The notes below the pieces were generated by a model. The model did not search any database. It was given only the letters and a program-made list of their open reading frames with translations, and was not told where the DNA came from. A stretch of 64,000 bases of DNA from NCBI GenBank assembly GCA_019057475.1, contig DXJO01000010.1:407623-471622 (forward strand), in the 5' to 3' direction. A program made the translations under genes and the position numbers. Below are positions 20,701 to 28,029 of the stretch, piece by piece. Every line of letters starts with the position of its first letter. Position 1 is the first letter of the stretch. The stretch comes from Candidatus Thorarchaeota archaeon. Its GTDB lineage: Archaea; Asgardarchaeota; Thorarchaeia; Thorarchaeales; Thorarchaeaceae.

Positions 20701-23700
20701 CAGACGGTACAGTCACAATCAATGGTCTAACCGCTACCCATCAGGGTGCAGGAGTCTGGAGAGTTGTTGACTCAGAAGCCACGGTAGTGTTGAACACCTA
20801 CAATCTCGTGGCCTGCTCTGCTAACGCTGAAGGAATCACATCAGTCAATCAGAACGCTCAGTCTGTTGATGTAATATGGGACAGAGTACAAGTTCAGTCC
20901 TATTCAGTTTCTGATGGCCGAGTCGGTCTGAACGATAATGTGAACATCGATGTCACCATTGTCTACGACTATGACAACTCTGCAGTAACAGATGGTGTAG
21001 TCACTATTAACGGTCTTTCAGCATCTCATCAAGGTGCTGGAGTTTGGATGGTAACTGACTCAAAAGCAACTGTGCAGCTCTTCACCTATGACAGCATTGC
21101 AGTGTCAGGGATTACCCATGGTATATCAGTTGTTGACCAGAACTCTCAGAGTGTTGATGTGATTTGGGACCAGATAGTTGTACAAACAACTGTTGTAGAT
21201 GATAATCGATTGGATGTCAGTGCAAATGCTGAGATTCGAGTGACTCTCATGCTTGCTTATGACAACACGTTCCTCGGTGCAGGTGACACTGTCACTCTTG
21301 ATGGAACAGCTATGACTTGGGATGTTGGCAACTCTTGGTTTGATTTGACAGTAAGTCAATCCACTGTTGGTGCGTGGACTTACTTTGTAAACTCCACAAC
21401 AGATTCCACCTATGGAATCACAAGCCTAGATTTGAACTCTCAACAGGTGCAGGTCATATGGGATGAGATCGTAGTTCAGACAACAGTGGCTGACGATACT
21501 CGTGTGAACATGGGAATCAATGTAGAGATCCGAGTAACACTCTTGCTAGCATATGACAGCACATTCCTTGGTGCAGGCGACACTGTTACACTTGATGGCA
21601 CCGCCATGACCTGGGATGGGGCGAACTCCTGGTTCAATCTGACAGTGTCCCAAGCTTCAGTAGGTCTATGGTCCTACTTTGTGAACTCAAGCTCTGATGC
21701 AACATATGGAATCATTGCACTAGACCTGAATTCCCAGAGTGTTGATGTGATTTGGGATAGAATTGTTGTCCAGAGCACTGTTGTTGACGATGGAAGGGTT
21801 GACACAAGCGCAAATGCTGAGGTTCGGGTCACACTCATGCTTGAGTATGACAGCACCTTCCTAGGAGCAGCTGATTCTGTCACACTTGATGGCACCGCGA
21901 TGACATGGGACGCTGGCAACTCCTGGTTTGATTTGGCAGTAAGTCAATCAACAGTTGGATCCTGGACATACTTTGTGAACGCAAGTCTTGACTCCAGCTA
22001 TGGTATAGACCTGTTGGACCTCAATGGCAACAGTGTCAGTGTTATCTGGGATAGGGTACAGGTCCAGTCATACTCTGTGATTGATGATCGTGTCAATATT
22101 GGCGATAGTGTTGACGTCGATGTTTCACTGCTCTATGATTATGATGACGCACCAGTCACAGATGGTACTATCACTGTGAATGGAATAGCAGCCACTCATC
22201 AAGGAGCTGGTGACTGGAGGTTCTCTGACTCTGAAGTTGCAGTTTCCTTGAACACTTACAACCTCGTTTCGAGCAGTGGTAACGCTTATGGACTCACTGT
22301 TGTGGACCAGAACTCACAGACACAGGATGTCATCTGGGACAGACTCGTCATTGTCATAGGCGTTGATGATGCATCTTCACTGAATGGTCATCAGGCAAAC
22401 TTCACACTCACTGTGACGTATGACTATGATGATGTAGTCTGTACAACCTACCAGATCGTGATTGACAGAAATGCCACCTGGTGGCACTTGTTCATCGACA
22501 CCAATGTATCGCTCTTCGTCGACACTAACACAGACGTCACATACTTGTACAATGCAAGTCTTGTATCAAGCGAATCCACATACGGTATCACAGCGTTCAC
22601 CACCAACACTCTACAGGTGACTTGGTCACTAGCTCCAAATGAGCTTCCTGTCAATGACTCAAGTCCAGTACTGACAAACGGTGATGACACTGACTATCTC
22701 TATGCCCGATATCGTTACTATGTGATCACAACCTCTGTGAGTGACCTCGATGGTTATGCTGACATCAGCTATGTCGAGTTGACACTCTATTCAGACGACC
22801 AGATCACTCAATACTGGACTATACGATACACAGTTGGAACAGATGCTTTCTCAGTCGAATCTGGTGGATTGAATATCACTGTTGGTGCAATGTCAAATGC
22901 AGTTGGCGTTGGAAACACTCTGACTGTAACTTGGCATATCAAGATTGGCTGGGACCATGCAGACATTGTAGACTCAGATATTCAACAGATCGTCAATGAT
23001 GGTACTGCGACCGATTCAGACCTTTATGAGACCAATTGGAACGTAGAGACCCGTCTAGATTACTCCGTTGTACCCTCTCTATCTGATGATCGTGGGGATG
23101 TGGACACCGCGGACCTTGTTGCAACAGGTACCATCACATACTACCAATCTAGTCTTAATCCTCTATCAAACGAAACTGATGTTTGGGTGTTGCATGATTC
23201 TGCTGGGACCTGGAGTGGAGACCTAATAGCTGGTAGTTTTAGCATCACCAGCATTGGGTCGTCTGCATTAGTGAGACTAAACAATTACACAATCAAGATT
23301 GTTGCTGAAGGTAGTGGATCTGGAGGTACAGACCTATATTTCTCGACCAGTCTGACTGATACCTTCATCACTGACAGGATTGAGATCTACGAGGCAGGTG
23401 TTGTCGATAGTCGAATCAACATCAACTCTGACTGTGAGGTCTGGTGGAGAGCAAGGTACGGGTATGACGGCACCGAGATTCAGAGTGCATTGACACTCGA
23501 GCTCAACGGTTCTAGAACTCTTGTTTGGGATGATGGTAGCCTCTATTGGAGATGGCAAGAAACCTCGATAAGTCCTGCATCAGCAGGCTTTGATGTTGCA
23601 TCTGCCAGTGAGTCGACTTACGGACTAACTGCTTGGTCAGCAACAACCTCAGTACAGCAGGTGATTTGGGACGCTCTAGTCATCACCTTGACTGATCCTG

Positions 23701-25646
23701 TTGACCAGAGAATCGATGTTGGTGCCAACGCAACAGGTATCTTCGTAAGTGCAGTCTATGCATTCGATGGAGCTGCTTTTGATGGTAGTTTTACGCTGAA
23801 TAACACTAACTTCCAATATGCATCGCCACAGATGCAAGGTTACACTGTGCTTACTGTGTCAGGAGATACTCATGGCATCACAGCAATCCAGACTAATGCC
23901 GCCACATTTTGCATCTGGGATTCACTGACCATCACAATCACTGGTCCATCAGATCAGCGAATCAACATCAATGCGAACGCATCAGGTATTGTAGTGACTG
24001 CCATCTATGAATATGATGGTTCAGCGTTTGATGGTAGTTTCACGCTGAACAACACTAACTTCCAATATGCTGTGCCGCAGGTGCAGGGTTACACTGTGCT
24101 TACTGCGTCAGGTGATACCCACGGCATTACAGCAATCCAGTCTAATGATGCTACATACTGCATCTGGGATAGAGTTCTGGTTGTTTCAATTAATGCTGAC
24201 GAAATCTACCATGACCCAGATGATGATGTGATGATATCTGCTGAGTTACAGTACGAGTATGATAGTTCTCCAGTCTTAACTGGCACATTTGTTATTGCCG
24301 GTTACCCAATGACTCATGTTAGTTCTGGCGTGTGGGAGGCTCAAGTCACAATAAGCACATACCAGGCAATAGACTTTGATGATCTCACAGCAAGCGATGC
24401 AACTCTCTATGGTATTAGTGAGTACAACATGGATGGTAATTCAGCAACTGTATACTGGGATCGACTTGAGTTCTATTCTGTATCAGTGGATGATGACAGG
24501 ATCAATGTTGGGGCTTCAACTGAGATTCAATGGAGTGTGAGGCTTGAGAATGCAGGTGTCTCCATTACTACTGGAGTTACAGCTCAAATGACTGGTGCCA
24601 TCGCGCTCACACCATCAGCTGGTGTCTATACTGCTACAATTACTGAGAGTGCGGTTGGAAGTGTGACCTATAGCATTCTGACAGCGTCACTTGGAGAGAT
24701 TGGTCAATTTATCCAGAGTGAGTCTGACGCGACCGTTATCTGGGATCAGGTCTTGTTGACATCGATTGTTGCAACACCACTCTCCCTAGACATAAGGACA
24801 GCAACAGAAATCCGAGTTACACTGGTCTATGAATTCGACTCCACTGATGTCACAACAGGCGTTGTCAATCTTGATGATGATGGTGTTTCAGTTGCAATGT
24901 CTTACAATTCTGCAGGTGGCTATTGGAGTGCTTCTGTCACAAAGAACACTGCTGGTAATTACGCCTTCACAGTTGACAGTGTTTCAGGCAACACTCATGG
25001 TATCTCTTCACTCAATACAGATGGTCTGAGTGTAGAGGTTGAGTGGGTAGGTGTTTCTGGCTTCGTGCCAGACACAATGACTCTGATGCTTATTGGTGGT
25101 GGTGTTGGTATTGCTGTAATTGGTGCGGCTATTGTTGCCTCACGTCGAAGGAGAGATGGACTTGCAGTTGGCGTTGGTGATATCGAGCCCGGCGATTTCG
25201 GTGTTGCTGAGCCAACTGAAGCTGTTGCTCCTGTCGAACCGGAGGTCATTGAGCCTGAGGTTGAAGCAATCCCTGAGGAAATTGAACCAGAAGAGATTGA
25301 GCCTACAGAGCCTGAAGTTATGGAGGAACCAGAGGAATTGGTTTCTGATGTTGAAGCTGACTTAGTCGATGAAGCAGTTGAACCAGAGGAAGTTGAACTT
25401 CCTCCGATCGATGAAGAACTCACAGAGCTTGAAGCAGAAGATGCCGCAATCGAACCTGAAGTAGAAGTGGTCGAGGAAATTCCAGAGCCAGAGGTCCCAG
25501 TAGATCTGTCAAAGTTGACTAAGAAAAAGATTCTTGATCTCATCCCCGATCACATCAAAGAAACCACCTTACCTAAGGAGCTTAAACGGCTCACTAAACG
25601 GGAATTGATAAGCATAATCGAGTTATTCAAGGATGATGAGGGATAG
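14730..25646 (+). CDS. Giant (3638 aa) cell-surface repeat protein: signal peptide, ~27 Ig-like WD-bounded repeats, C-terminal TM and acidic cytoplasmic tail
   Basis: MKR plus hydrophobic signal; T/V/D/N-rich repeats; TM IGGGVGIAVIGAAIVAS followed by RRRR; Glu/Pro-rich tail. Confidence 0.9.
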   Translation: MKRTVFALAFFVTLFGFGLITPIAEFESLQIQSTDSQSFTMSGIGDNTEDYVDQTSDLHAPSDLGSHSSFAAMQAGPDQTNDTLTETDTGAGGGSEWLWVDSFDATTQDWTEVGASPFLGAQDQPTNYIYCTSGINIDHGFFGFTNTTSSSITDVNISIYHNTAEQTQIILYNSTTSTTINFGNSGGVWAWETITVDGDAVELEIMFPTVDEVNNAYATVSGKSQGGPGQVDVDAMRLGVTGTGGGSNYELDLEVGWTAADFDESNEELCIFAGPQDAESLKVDVWNDTDSAWVNVIADLTYNQWNNVSIASHLVDTSLEIRFLGGTETGDTTQDTWEIDAVLIHTWTPSYAPVNDQAPSLDNPSDTDNMYGQYLEYQVTVYVSDQNGFADIDYLEIGLWDNTQTTEYCRFRYDEDMNTFTEQYDGGTYVSLNTGSSTATESGNDIDATFYFTVDWDFPDSTDLDAKCYVIDTQTESATTWYEVNWDVETRLDYSVAPSIDDASGTADRGDFDGSFSLTGTVIYYTSVDDFPASTDVDAWVSASEYGTTVGPWSDLTLISGAFDVTCYGDDVVGQDTYTIKVVEEGAGSGGTDLYYTTSVTDTYIADRVQVQSYSVADDRVNVNDNVDIDVTLYYDYDNSAVIDGTVTVNGASATHQGAGVWRITDSEATVMANTYNTVACSGGTHGITTVDQNGQSQTVIWDQVIVVSYSVTDNRVDINTVVNVDVTLQYDYDNTAVTDGTVTINTISATHQGSGVWRITPSQASVTAVTYNSVAASGNTHGITSVNQNGQSQQVIWDQITVTGYTVSDARVNINDNVNVDVTIEYAYDNTAVTDGIVTINGASATHQGAGVWRIVTSQSTVQQVTYNTVAASGNTEGITSVNQNGQSTAVIWDRISVQTTVVDDGRVGVGTSAEVRVTLWLEYDSTFLGAGDTVTLDGVAMTWDAVNLWFDLSRTQASVGLWVYFVNSSSETGFGITELNLNSQSVSVIWDRVQVQSYSVADSRVNINDNIDVDVTLYYDYDNTAVTDGTVTINGLSATHQGAGVWRATDSKATVQLFTYNSVAASGNTHGISVVDQNSQTQDVIWDRVQVQSYSVADARVNINDNVDIDVTLVYDYDNTAVTDGTVTINGASAAHQGAGVWRITDSEAVVMSNTYNTVASSGNTHGISTVDQNGQSQQVIWDQITVTGYAVSDARANINDNVNVDVTIEYAYDNSAVTDGTVMINGNLATHQGSGIWRIVESQSTVQQVTYNTVAASGNTEGITSVNQNGQSTAVVWDRISVQTTVVDDGRVGIGSSVEIRVTLWLEYDSTFLGAGDSVTLDGVAMTWDGVNTWFDLSRSQASVGLWIYFVNTSSEATYGITALNLNSQSVSVIWDRVQVQSYSVSDSRVNINDNVDIDSTLYYNYDNTAVTDGTVTINGLSATHQGAGVWRVTDSKATVQLFTYDTVAASGNAHAITVVDQNSQTQDVIWDRVQIQSYSVTDARVNINDNVDVDVTLVYDYDNTAVTDGTVTINGASATHQGVGVWRITDSEAVVMSNTYNIIATSGNTHGISTVDQNGQSQLVIWDQITVRSYIVADTRVNINDNMNIDVTIEYEYDDSAVTDGTVTINGASATHQGAGVWRITDSEATVMMNTYDTIVCSGNAEGITSVNQNSQSVDVIWDRIQVQSYSVADTRVNISDTVDIDFTLYYDYDNSAVTDGTVTVNGISATHQGAGVWRITDSEVTVTANTYDTVVCSGGTHGITTVDQNGQSQQVIWDQVTVVSYSVADSRVDINTVVNVDVTIQYDYDNSAVTDGTVTINGISATHQGAGVWRISPSQAAVTGVTYNLVVASANTHGITSVDQNSQSQDVIWDRVQVQSYSVLDARVNINDNVDINVTLFYDYDNTAITDGTVTINGISATHIANGVWLITETESTVTSNTYLTVAASGNTHGIDFVDQNGQNQQVIWDQITVRSYSVADTRVNVGDSVNIDVTIEYEYDDTAVTDGTVTINGLTATHQGAGVWRVVDSEATVVLNTYNLVACSANAEGITSVNQNAQSVDVIWDRVQVQSYSVSDGRVGLNDNVNIDVTIVYDYDNSAVTDGVVTINGLSASHQGAGVWMVTDSKATVQLFTYDSIAVSGITHGISVVDQNSQSVDVIWDQIVVQTTVVDDNRLDVSANAEIRVTLMLAYDNTFLGAGDTVTLDGTAMTWDVGNSWFDLTVSQSTVGAWTYFVNSTTDSTYGITSLDLNSQQVQVIWDEIVVQTTVADDTRVNMGINVEIRVTLLLAYDSTFLGAGDTVTLDGTAMTWDGANSWFNLTVSQASVGLWSYFVNSSSDATYGIIALDLNSQSVDVIWDRIVVQSTVVDDGRVDTSANAEVRVTLMLEYDSTFLGAADSVTLDGTAMTWDAGNSWFDLAVSQSTVGSWTYFVNASLDSSYGIDLLDLNGNSVSVIWDRVQVQSYSVIDDRVNIGDSVDVDVSLLYDYDDAPVTDGTITVNGIAATHQGAGDWRFSDSEVAVSLNTYNLVSSSGNAYGLTVVDQNSQTQDVIWDRLVIVIGVDDASSLNGHQANFTLTVTYDYDDVVCTTYQIVIDRNATWWHLFIDTNVSLFVDTNTDVTYLYNASLVSSESTYGITAFTTNTLQVTWSLAPNELPVNDSSPVLTNGDDTDYLYARYRYYVITTSVSDLDGYADISYVELTLYSDDQITQYWTIRYTVGTDAFSVESGGLNITVGAMSNAVGVGNTLTVTWHIKIGWDHADIVDSDIQQIVNDGTATDSDLYETNWNVETRLDYSVVPSLSDDRGDVDTADLVATGTITYYQSSLNPLSNETDVWVLHDSAGTWSGDLIAGSFSITSIGSSALVRLNNYTIKIVAEGSGSGGTDLYFSTSLTDTFITDRIEIYEAGVVDSRININSDCEVWWRARYGYDGTEIQSALTLELNGSRTLVWDDGSLYWRWQETSISPASAGFDVASASESTYGLTAWSATTSVQQVIWDALVITLTDPVDQRIDVGANATGIFVSAVYAFDGAAFDGSFTLNNTNFQYASPQMQGYTVLTVSGDTHGITAIQTNAATFCIWDSLTITITGPSDQRININANASGIVVTAIYEYDGSAFDGSFTLNNTNFQYAVPQVQGYTVLTASGDTHGITAIQSNDATYCIWDRVLVVSINADEIYHDPDDDVMISAELQYEYDSSPVLTGTFVIAGYPMTHVSSGVWEAQVTISTYQAIDFDDLTASDATLYGISEYNMDGNSATVYWDRLEFYSVSVDDDRINVGASTEIQWSVRLENAGVSITTGVTAQMTGAIALTPSAGVYTATITESAVGSVTYSILTASLGEIGQFIQSESDATVIWDQVLLTSIVATPLSLDIRTATEIRVTLVYEFDSTDVTTGVVNLDDDGVSVAMSYNSAGGYWSASVTKNTAGNYAFTVDSVSGNTHGISSLNTDGLSVEVEWVGVSGFVPDTMTLMLIGGGVGIAVIGAAIVASRRRRDGLAVGVGDIEPGDFGVAEPTEAVAPVEPEVIEPEVEAIPEEIEPEEIEPTEPEVMEEPEELVSDVEADLVDEAVEPEEVELPPIDEELTELEAEDAAIEPEVEVVEEIPEPEVPVDLSKLTKKKILDLIPDHIKETTLPKELKRLTKRELISIIELFKDDEG
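16545..22335 (+). repeat. Intragenic tandem array of 20 repeats: type A 288 nt (96 aa) and type B 294 nt (98 aa)
   Basis: TGGGAY (WD) boundaries at 16833, 17121, 17409, 17703, 17991 and 18279 give 288/294-nt spacing. A = WDRVQVQSYSV..RVNIND..YDYDN.AVTDG..HQGAGVW; B = WDRI.VQTTVVDD..YDSTFLGAGD. Confidence 0.9.
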
Positions 25647-25659
25647 TCTGGTCACACTT

Positions 25660-25692
25660 GGGAGTCCAAATTCGTGGGCTCCCTTGTTGCTT
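25660..25692 (+). terminator. Putative terminator hairpin after the giant gene
   Basis: GGGAGTCCA-AATTCG-TGGGCTCCC (9-bp stem with one G-U pair) followed by TTGTTGCTT. Confidence 0.55.
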
Positions 25693-25732
25693 ACGAAACC
25701 TTTTCATGAAGTGAGATTAGGATTAGAATGCC

Positions 25733-26065
25733 ATGTCGGGGAAGACCATAACCAGCTCAAAGTGTAAAGCGTGTAGTAGAGTAATAGTCCCTCCAAGGGA
25801 GACCTGTCCTTATTGTGGAAAGAATGCTGGTCCTATGGAAAAGATAGAGTTGCCAAATCGAGGTGTAGTTCAAAGTTACACGACTCTTCAGATGCCTCCT
25901 GAAGGCTTCAAAGCTCCTTTGTCAATGGCACTTGTTGAGCTTGAGCATGGAGCCTTGATTTTGTGTTTAGCTAGTGAGCATGCTGGAACTCCAATCAATA
26001 TTGGAAACCAAGTCGAGATAGAAGTTGACTCAGAAGATAGATTCTGTTATCGAGCTATCACTTGA
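25733..26065 (+). CDS. DUF35-family Zn-ribbon/OB-fold acyl-CoA-binding protein (thiolase partner)
   Basis: CKAC...PPRETCPYC, GVVQSYT, P.GFKAP and ALVELEHG motifs. Confidence 0.88.
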   Translation: MSGKTITSSKCKACSRVIVPPRETCPYCGKNAGPMEKIELPNRGVVQSYTTLQMPPEGFKAPLSMALVELEHGALILCLASEHAGTPINIGNQVEIEVDSEDRFCYRAIT

Positions 26066-26130
26066 TGACAGAGTGCATGGGCAGCTATGGATTTAAGCAT
26101 GTTTTCTTCTGCCCAGCACGGGTTTCAACA

Positions 26131-27306
26131 ATGGTTGACTATCTTTCTAATGCACTTTGGACTGATGATGAAATAGCCTTTAGAAAAGAAGTACACGAGT
26201 TCTGTGCTAAAGAGATTGCACCAATTGCGGATGAGATAGACAAGGGTCCTTTTCCCAGAGAGCTACTGAGCAAGATCGGAAAGGCTGGTTATATGGGTGT
26301 CCACCATGACAAATTTGTTGGTGGAACAGAAAGGGGTCTCTCCTATGAGGTCATAGTTGCTGAGGAAATCTCAGCCGTTAATGGTGGTCTCGATATGGCT
26401 CGAATGGCATCAGCCACTCTTTATGGTATGCCTGTTGCTCGGTTTGGTACTGCAGAACAGAAGGAGGAGTACCTGAAGCCAGTTGTCGCGGGAGAGAAGA
26501 TCGGCTGCATCGGCATCACTGAGCCAGACGTCGGCTCTGATGTTGCAGCCATGAAGACCAGGGCAGAGAAGGATGGCGATGAGTGGGTCATCAATGGGGA
26601 GAAGCGGTTTATCACAAACGGCAGCCAGGCCGACTACATGTGCGCCTTTGTGGTCACAGACCCATCCGTCAAGTCGAAAGATGGCATGACAGCATTCATT
26701 ATTGACACAAAGAGCGAAGGTTTCAGCGTCGTGCAAGACCATGACCTGCTTGGTATGAAATCTGCGAGAGTTTCGTGGTTGAAGATGGAAGATGTGCGTG
26801 TACCTCCCGGGATGGTCCTCGGCGAGCTAGGACAAGGGTTCCAAATCATGATGGATGAACTTGATAGTGAAAGGACTGCCATCGCAGGCGAGGCTATTGG
26901 GTACGGTCGAACCCCGTATGAGATAGCTATCAAGTATTCAACTGAGCGCGAGCAGTTCGGGCGGCAAATCAGGATGTTCGAGGGTGTCAGTTTCAAGATT
27001 GCGAACATGGCAATGAAGCTTGAGGCTGGCCGCGCACTCACGTTGACAGCAGCCCGGATGTACGACAAAGGAATGAGGATTACAAAAGAGGCAGCGATTG
27101 CCAAGCTGTACACGACTGAGGCCGCGATAGAGATTACTAATGATGCGCTGCAGATACTAGGTGGCGTGGGTTACACTACCGACTATCCAGTTGAGCGCTT
27201 CCTTAGAGATGCAAGATTGATGACAATAGGCGGCGGCACTGCTGAGATTCTAAGATTCATCATTCAGCGTGAGGTCTTCAAGGAACTGAAGGCTGGACTC
27301 ATCTAG
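26131..27306 (+). CDS. Acyl-CoA dehydrogenase
   Basis: ITEPDVGSD, NGEKRFITNG, REQFGR, QILGGVGY and TIGGGTAEI motifs. ATG 26131 is preferred over 26062. Confidence 0.93.
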   Translation: MVDYLSNALWTDDEIAFRKEVHEFCAKEIAPIADEIDKGPFPRELLSKIGKAGYMGVHHDKFVGGTERGLSYEVIVAEEISAVNGGLDMARMASATLYGMPVARFGTAEQKEEYLKPVVAGEKIGCIGITEPDVGSDVAAMKTRAEKDGDEWVINGEKRFITNGSQADYMCAFVVTDPSVKSKDGMTAFIIDTKSEGFSVVQDHDLLGMKSARVSWLKMEDVRVPPGMVLGELGQGFQIMMDELDSERTAIAGEAIGYGRTPYEIAIKYSTEREQFGRQIRMFEGVSFKIANMAMKLEAGRALTLTAARMYDKGMRITKEAAIAKLYTTEAAIEITNDALQILGGVGYTTDYPVERFLRDARLMTIGGGTAEILRFIIQREVFKELKAGLI

Positions 27307-27412
27307 GAAGCAAGTTCAGGTCAGCTGCGTTTCGTCAAGGCTGGCATAACATGTTTCTTAAGAAACGAGCAGTTGACTTAGCTAACGCATTCTAAGAAAG
27401 AGGTTCCAAAAA

Positions 27413-27960
27413 ATGCCTGCACTCGAGTATCTGATGGTTTACACTAAATCTGGATTGCCGATTTACTCCAAATGCTATGGAGGCTTCTGCACAGCCGCGT
27501 TTAAGAATCCTGAGCTCTTAACCGGTTTCCTTTCTGCTCTGGAAACGCTGCCGAGCACGATGGGCGGCGGCTTGAGTCAGTTAAGATGGGTCCCACTGAG
27601 ATGAGATTCTCCAAAACCACACCGACTGGTCATTCAGTCGTCATTGGCTTGGGGAAGGATTCACCCAATATAGCAGAGGATATCTATCGCGAAGTATCAA
27701 AGATACTTGCCGGCGACCGTTTTGTGAATGTTGACTGGACCTACCTGACCTCCGATCTAATGGACGCGTTTGAGAAAGAACTGTTGGAAACCGCTCTTGT
27801 CGATGCCATGCATGATCACGGCGGCTTCACGGATCAATGCCCCTTGGGCGACAGGTGCCCGATGCACACGACTGCAATCCAATCGAGAAAAGGGCGAATC
27901 TGGTCTTCAATTAAAGACAAGTATCGCGCAATGCGTGAGAAGATGGCTGGTCGCAGCTAG
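27413..27960 (+). pseudogene. Longin-like domain protein split by a 1-nt frameshift near 27570 (true pseudogene or sequencing error)
   Basis: YLMVYTKSGLPIYSK...NPELLTGFLSAL continues in the -1 frame as LESVKMGPTEMRFSK...; joined product is about 180 aa. Confidence 0.6.
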
Positions 27961-28003
27961 ACTACTGATTTCAATCCAAACTGATAACAGCAAAGGGCGC
28001 AGA

Positions 28004-28024
28004 GAGGGGAGATAATCCCCCCTC
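28004..28024. terminator. Hairpin between convergent genes
   Basis: GAGGGGAGA-TAA-TCCCCCCTC, located 6 nt from the stop of the minus-strand gene. Confidence 0.4.
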
Positions 28025-28029
28025 CCTTG

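Noticed and set aside
16545-22335. Tandem repeats as a CRISPR array or DGR template/variable repeats
   Set aside because: Units are in-frame 288/294-nt coding repeats with largely synonymous divergence; there are no spacers, no evident adenine-specific pattern, and no cas or reverse transcriptase gene.
24995-25543. 182-aa Ser-rich minus-strand ORF and many similar short track ORFs (e.g. 8615-9199, 10441-11079)
   Set aside because: These are antisense or off-frame shadows of well-supported genes with no independent motifs.
27560-27580. Programmed ribosomal frameshifting at the two frameshift sites (27570 and 43205)
   Set aside because: No X XXY YYZ slippery heptamer or clear stimulatory structure; a 1-nt deletion or sequencing error is simpler.
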